Positions 58,875 through 62,801 of a stretch of DNA of 62,801 nt are shown here, in pieces (within the stretch, counting starts at the first letter, position 1; every line of letters starts with the position of its first letter). This DNA is from a virus. Taxonomy: Duplodnaviria; Caudoviricetes. A program made the translations under genes and the position numbers. Location: positions 1-62,801 of the IMG/VR virus record IMGVR_UViG_3300031460_000001. The stretch is one strand, 5' to 3'. The notes beneath the pieces are model-generated. The model was not told the DNA's origin and ran no database searches. It worked only from the letters and a program-made list of their open reading frames with translations.

Positions 58875-59702
58875 TTAGACCAAGGCCGCTTCGATCTCGG
58901 CAGCCAATGCAGGATGGCCGGCAATCCTAACGATTTCCGCCGCCCGCTTCGTCGCCGCCGCATAGGCAGGATGGGCTTTCAGTTTCGCCGCAGGGTCCAT
59001 GGGCGCCCGCTCGACGTGCTTGGCCGTGGCGCGGTCCTTCCCGGCCGCGCGAGCCTTGGTGACGGCTTCGGCGAGCACTTCCGTTGCTCTGGCATCATCG
59101 CCCTTGGCGGCCCGCATGGTGTCGATGGCGAGCCCGGCCGAGATGGTGCCGGCCTTGACCATGTCGGCCACGGGTTTCGGGGCCGCCCGCAGTTTGAGGA
59201 GGTCGGCGACGCGCTGGCGGGTCAAACCGACTTTCGCGGCGATCTCGGCTTCCTTCCATCCGAGGTCCATGAGCTTGGCGAAGACGTTGCCTTTCTCGAA
59301 GGGCTCAAGCGGCTTGCCCGAGTTCCGCACGATCTGGCTCAGGACCCGGTCGGCCTCGTTGGCGTGCTTTCCCTCGGTCTGGACGGGCACGGACTGGATC
59401 TTGGCACCGAGGACGTCCATGGCGTAGAGCGTCGCGGCGAGCCGCCTGTGACCGTCCGTGATGACCGGCACGCCGGCCCGCATGTAGACGGTGACGGCGC
59501 TCTTCACGCCGACTTCCGCTATGGACCGGGCGAGTTCGATGTCATCCGGGTCGGCGGGGTCGAAATCCTTTGTACGTGAATTCCACCCGGGGTCCACGGT
59601 GAGATCGCGCGGCGCCATGCGGAACAGGTCGACGCGCCCGAGCGCCATGTCCTGAATGCCGCGGGTCTTGGGCTTGGTGTCGGCGGGTTCGGCGCGGATC
59701 AT
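58875..59702 (-). CDS. ParB/Srx-like protein with HTH
   Basis: G.NSR; LA.SI...GV; TDGHRRL; N.GKPL.P.E; EIA.KVG.TRQ.V...L.L. Confidence 0.8.
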   Translation of the reverse strand: MIRAEPADTKPKTRGIQDMALGRVDLFRMAPRDLTVDPGWNSRTKDFDPADPDDIELARSIAEVGVKSAVTVYMRAGVPVITDGHRRLAATLYAMDVLGAKIQSVPVQTEGKHANEADRVLSQIVRNSGKPLEPFEKGNVFAKLMDLGWKEAEIAAKVGLTRQRVADLLKLRAAPKPVADMVKAGTISAGLAIDTMRAAKGDDARATEVLAEAVTKARAAGKDRATAKHVERAPMDPAAKLKAHPAYAAATKRAAEIVRIAGHPALAAEIEAALV

Positions 59703-59729
59703 GGGGTGGAGTCCTTGGGTGATCTGGGT

Positions 59730-59969
59730 TCACTTCATCCTCACGCCGTGCCCGCCCGAGCGCACGTCACCAGGATCAAGAAAGAGGATGCCGGCAGCAT
59801 CGAACGTCGCCTTGATCGCAGCAAGGTTTCGGGTCTGCATGTTCGGCATCTCGTCTACGGACTCGGCCCGCTGGACGGCAGCATATGAAAGGCCGCAGCG
59901 GTTCGCGAGATCGTGCGCCGACCATCTCAGCATCGCCCTCGCGGCGCGTATCTGTGCTCCCGTCAACAT
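59730..59969 (-). CDS. XRE-family HTH regulator
   Basis: MLTGAQIRAARAMLRWSA.DLA...G.S...V.RAE...AGI.F......G.GVR. Confidence 0.85.
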   Translation of the reverse strand: MLTGAQIRAARAMLRWSAHDLANRCGLSYAAVQRAESVDEMPNMQTRNLAAIKATFDAAGILFLDPGDVRSGGHGVRMK

Positions 59970-60092
59970 GCGTTCGGCTTCTAGCCGTGGTGTGTCTGGG
60001 GCGAAAGCTACATTCACTCGCATGGGCGCTGGGAACTCTGCAGAGGGCGCAGCCGAAAGACTCGATTGTGAGAGATTTTCTAGCTATTAGGC

Positions 60093-60121
60093 TTGATAAG
60101 ATAATTCATGCGCGATAAGTT
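60093..60121 (+). promoter_or_regulatory. Putative sigma70 promoter for the RAMP-like operon
   Basis: TTGATA-N17-TAAGTT in an AT-rich divergent intergenic region. Confidence 0.45.
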
Positions 60122-60192
60122 CTCAACTGCAAACGCAAGGGCAAGGGTTCATTGGGAGCCATGAAAGCCTCAACGCGGTGCAGGAGTGCCAC

Positions 60193-60954
60193 ATGGCTGC
60201 GAAGAAAGAGACCTTGAAGGCCGAACCGGCTAAGGGGGATACCGAGACCGTCCGAATCGCCTTGTCGAGCAAGCCGCTGTTCAAGCGTTTCACGATTTGG
60301 TTGGTCGGCGACACGCCGCTTATCACTCACGCTTGGTCGGAGAAGGCCCGTCGCGAGATGCTGGCGAAACAGGTGAAGGGCACCAAAGCCGGTAAGGAGG
60401 CCCGAGACCCCGAGAGCGATTTCGTCAACTCGCTCTACGACATGGATGGCGGCTACGGGTTCCCGGCCATGGGGTTCAAGAACTGTGTTCTTTCGGCTGC
60501 CCATAAGGACAAGGGCATCGCCCGTTCGGCCGTCATGTCGGCGCTGTGGATCGATGCCGATATGGTACGTGCTCGACCGGCTCTCGCCGGCGCAATCTGC
60601 GACATGCCGCTCATCCGCATCTACGGCTCGAAACCCGAGATGCGCGAGGACATGGTCAAGGTTGGCGCAGGGCTGAACAAGACTGCTTCGCTAGCGTACC
60701 GCGGGCAGTTCACGACATGGGCAATCCGGGTCACGGGACGTTTCAACGCTTCCGTGCTGACCGCCGAAGCGCTGGCGTTCCTCATTCAAGAAGCCGGGAT
60801 CTCCTACGGCCTCGGCGAATGGCGGAACGAGAAGAGGGGCGTTTTCGGCGCCTTCCATCTTGCCGATGCGAAGGAGGAAGCAGGATGGGAAGCCTTCGCG
60901 ATGGGTACGGGGCCGATGCCGTCCGCCGTGCCCTCCGCGATGGCTGCGGAGTAA
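60193..60954 (+). CDS. Cas7/RAMP-like RNA-binding protein (Vipr-like effector candidate)
   Basis: N-terminal beta strand I.LVGDTPLITH; FPA.GFK (RAMP 'P..s.KG' position); C-terminal G-rich loop AG.SYGLGEWR.EKRG.FG.F. No cas1/cas2/cas3 nearby. AGGAG RBS. Confidence 0.7.
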   Translation: MAAKKETLKAEPAKGDTETVRIALSSKPLFKRFTIWLVGDTPLITHAWSEKARREMLAKQVKGTKAGKEARDPESDFVNSLYDMDGGYGFPAMGFKNCVLSAAHKDKGIARSAVMSALWIDADMVRARPALAGAICDMPLIRIYGSKPEMREDMVKVGAGLNKTASLAYRGQFTTWAIRVTGRFNASVLTAEALAFLIQEAGISYGLGEWRNEKRGVFGAFHLADAKEEAGWEAFAMGTGPMPSAVPSAMAAE

Positions 60955-60960
60955 TCCATC

Positions 60961-61473
60961 ATGCCGACGTATAACTTCCGCGATGACGAGCCTGTCCGTC
61001 TCAAGGCATCCAAGAACGCTGATCCGCAGGTAATCGGCGATGCCCTAGAAGCCATTGCCAAAACGAACGGCGGTGAGATCGTACCGAAGGCGGTCGTCGA
61101 TGCTGCGCGGTCACCGAAGCACCCGCTGCACCCGCACTTCGAATGGGATGACAAGTTGGCGGCCGAAGCACACCGCCTCGACCAAGCCCGTAGCTTGATC
61201 CGTATCGTGCGGGTCGAGGATGCAAGCGCCACGGACGGCACAAGCAGGGCGTTTCTGTCCATCTCGGAAAAGGCCGGCACCTCCTATCGGTCACTCGCCG
61301 ACGTGAAAGCCAGTATCGGGATGCAAGACGCGATCCTGAAAGCGGCGGCCCGCGACCTGGACGCTTTTCAGCAGAGGTACCGAGATTTGACCGATATTTG
61401 TGAGTTCGTGAGCAAGGCCAAAGAGGCAATCACGCGCCGCCAAGAAAAGCAAAGCCAGCGTCGAGCGGCTTAG
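60961..61473 (+). CDS. Small helical partner protein of the RAMP-like gene
   Basis: VVDAAR....PLH..FEWDD..AA..HRL.QAR.LI; 6 nt after the RAMP-like stop and directly before the array. Confidence 0.75.
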   Translation: MPTYNFRDDEPVRLKASKNADPQVIGDALEAIAKTNGGEIVPKAVVDAARSPKHPLHPHFEWDDKLAAEAHRLDQARSLIRIVRVEDASATDGTSRAFLSISEKAGTSYRSLADVKASIGMQDAILKAAARDLDAFQQRYRDLTDICEFVSKAKEAITRRQEKQSQRRAA

Positions 61474-61480
61474 CATCAAA

Positions 61481-62049
61481 TGATTGGCAAGGCAGGCTTA
61501 GTGCCGCACGGCGCGACTCTGACAGGTACAGTTCTGAACTGAATGGCTGTCGTGGCGTGGCGAGTCAGCGCGTAGACTGGCAAGCTCAGGGGTGGATCGG
61601 TAAGGCAGTCTAGGCTGAGTCCGTCAAAGATCGGGTGAGAGCGTAACGGCGTCGTAAGTATTGGCGAGGCAGTCAAGTCAAGTTCCGTCGCGTCGCTTCG
61701 TGTAACGGCCTTGAGGTGTGAAGCAGTCGCGGGCTGTTTTGAGATGAAAAGTAGTGCAAGGCTGGGCTAGGCAAGGCAGTCTAGTCAAGGATCGGTAGGT
61801 ATCAGAACTTCTCGTATCTGACCGGATTAGCAAGGCAGGCACGGCGGGGATTAGCTTGTCGCGGTCAGTCAGAGACCGTCCCGCATCGGTAAGGCAGGCA
61901 AAGATAGGCGCTGTTCTGAATGTAGCGTTTAGTACGGTCAGTGATCGGCAAGGCAGTCAAGGTTCGGCACGTTTTTGATTTGCGGGGTCGAGCAAGTAGC
62001 GGATCTGCATCGCAAAGCAGTCATTGCTTGGCAAGTCGCCGCAGTGAGA
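61481..62049 (+). repeat. Non-coding pentamer-periodic array: 9 complete units plus 1 partial, each GGCA + 10-12 x (GGY-like triplet + NN); candidate guide-RNA array
   Basis: Unit starts 61491, 61545, 61604, 61668, 61722, 61775, 61834, 61893, 61952, 62016. Spacings are 54, 59, 64, 54, 53, 59, 59, 59, 64, i.e. 5n+4 except one. Confidence 0.88.
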
Positions 62050-62080
62050 CAACGTCCATTCGCTGTTAGGAAATGCGTAG

Positions 62081-62106
62081 CGGCCATCCTTCGGGGCGGC
62101 CGTTTT
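62081..62106 (+). terminator. Intrinsic terminator closing the array
   Basis: CGGCCATCC-TTCG-GGGCGGCCG-TTTT. Confidence 0.75.
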
Positions 62107-62121
62107 ATATGGAGTATCCCC

Positions 62122-62337
62122 ATGACACCCGACCTCAAAGACAGCCTCGACGCCGAGGCTTTCGCGACCGCGTGCGCGGCTGTGCCTGACGTGGATCCTG
62201 AACGGTTGCGTACCGCGATCAACAGCTACTGCGGCGACCTTCACCTCGCGATCCATCACGTTTACACCGAAGTCGAACTGACGCCCGAAGAAGTGCTGGA
62301 CGCTTTCCGGCCGCGCGACGTCACGGTGGAGTCCTGA
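62122..62337 (+). CDS. 71-aa acidic hypothetical protein
   Basis: GGAG RBS, ATG 62122; MTPDLKDSLDAEAF...LDAFRPRDVTVES. Confidence 0.65.
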   Translation: MTPDLKDSLDAEAFATACAAVPDVDPERLRTAINSYCGDLHLAIHHVYTEVELTPEEVLDAFRPRDVTVES

Positions 62338-62340
62338 ACC

Positions 62341-62581
62341 ATGCCAGATTTCGCCAAAGCCCTTGTGCTTGTCCTCAAATACGAGGGCGGGAAAGTCGAT
62401 AGAAAAGACGATCCCGGCGGGCGCACGGCCTACGGCTGCACACAGACAACTTTCGATGCTTGGTGCGGGTCGAATGCCGTAACTAAACGCGACGTGTTCA
62501 CGATCACGCCAGCCGAACTCGAGGCGATATATCACAATCGCTATGCTTCGGCGATCCGTTTCGACGATCTTCCCGAAGGTG
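62341..62581 (+). pseudogene. Glycoside hydrolase family 108 endolysin, truncated by IS
   Basis: VLKYEGG.V....DPGG.T.YG.T...IY...Y.......LP.GV, then an abrupt stop inside the IS end. Confidence 0.85.
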
Positions 62582-62801
62582 TGTAGGGCGGTGACAAAGC
62601 AGGCCACTGGAGCGCCGGCGAAGTGCTGACGCGGGCGGAGTAAAATCCGGCCAGTGGATAGGCTCCCGGTTTTGGGGGGGCCGGGGATGTTCGTCGTGGA
62701 GATCTACGCCGCCGTTCGGAAATTCGTGTTCATCGAAGGTCACAGCCGCCGGGAGGCCGCCCGGGTTTTCGGACTGAACCGCGAGACGGTGCTGAAGATG
62801 T
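62582..62801 (+). mobile_element. IS21-family insertion sequence, left end
   Basis: Terminal TGTAGGGCGG..., internal repeated GGCG-GTGACAAAGCAGGCCACTGG / GGCGGAGTAAAATCCGGCCAGTGG, followed by the transposase start. Confidence 0.8.
62687..62801 (+). CDS. istA: IS21 transposase IstA (5' part, runs off window)
   Basis: MFVVEIYAAVRKFVFIEGHSRREAARVFGLNRETVLKM, the N-terminal HTH typical of IstA. Confidence 0.8.
   Translation, partial: MFVVEIYAAVRKFVFIEGHSRREAARVFGLNRETVLKM

Larger units (their letters stand above)
302..62581. mobile_element. Prophage (temperate, contractile-tailed); right end outside window, lysin interrupted by IS
   Basis: Complete module order from integrase to endolysin; left junction inside a host gene. 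Confidence 0.95.

Noticed and set aside
61481-62049. Canonical CRISPR array
   Set aside because: The only constant element is ~8-12 nt (GGCAAGGCAGTC-like), with no 23-47-nt palindromic repeat. The 'spacers' are themselves 5-nt periodic and no cas1/cas2 is present.
61476-62607. ORFs 61476-61676 (-), 61938-62222 (-), 61957-62607 (-) and the 5' extension of 61975-62337 (+)
   Set aside because: They overlap the periodic array, the terminator or genuine + strand genes. Period-5 structure is incompatible with codon structure, and the RBS supports a start at 62122.

Overview
Almost the whole window (~302-62581) is one temperate prophage with a contractile tail. The host is inferred to be a high-GC alphaproteobacterium (Rhizobiales-like, from the MucR/Ros gene and the GTA-type flanking gene). 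On the left the prophage cuts into a gene-transfer-agent (GTA) 'megatron/g15'-like gene. Its order is: integrase/xis, leftward early and recombination genes, CI/Cro switch with visible operators, replication (helicase, primase, HNHs), NusG-type antiterminator plus tRNA(CAT), terminase/portal/scaffold/P22-coat-like capsid, sheath/tube/tape measure/baseplate/fibre, then a cargo region with a GH5 glucanase. The GH108 endolysin at the right end is broken by an IS21-family element, and attR lies outside the window. The outstanding feature is at 60193-62106. A Cas7/RAMP-like gene with a C-terminal glycine-rich loop and a small partner gene are followed by a ~570-bp non-coding array with strict 5-nt periodicity: [degenerate GGY triplet + 2 variable nt] x10-12, punctuated by a 4-nt GGCA, giving units of 54/59/64 nt and closed by a terminator. 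This looks like a phage-encoded, non-CRISPR RNA-guided system (VIPR-like architecture). All calls come from reading motifs by eye; no database searches were run.
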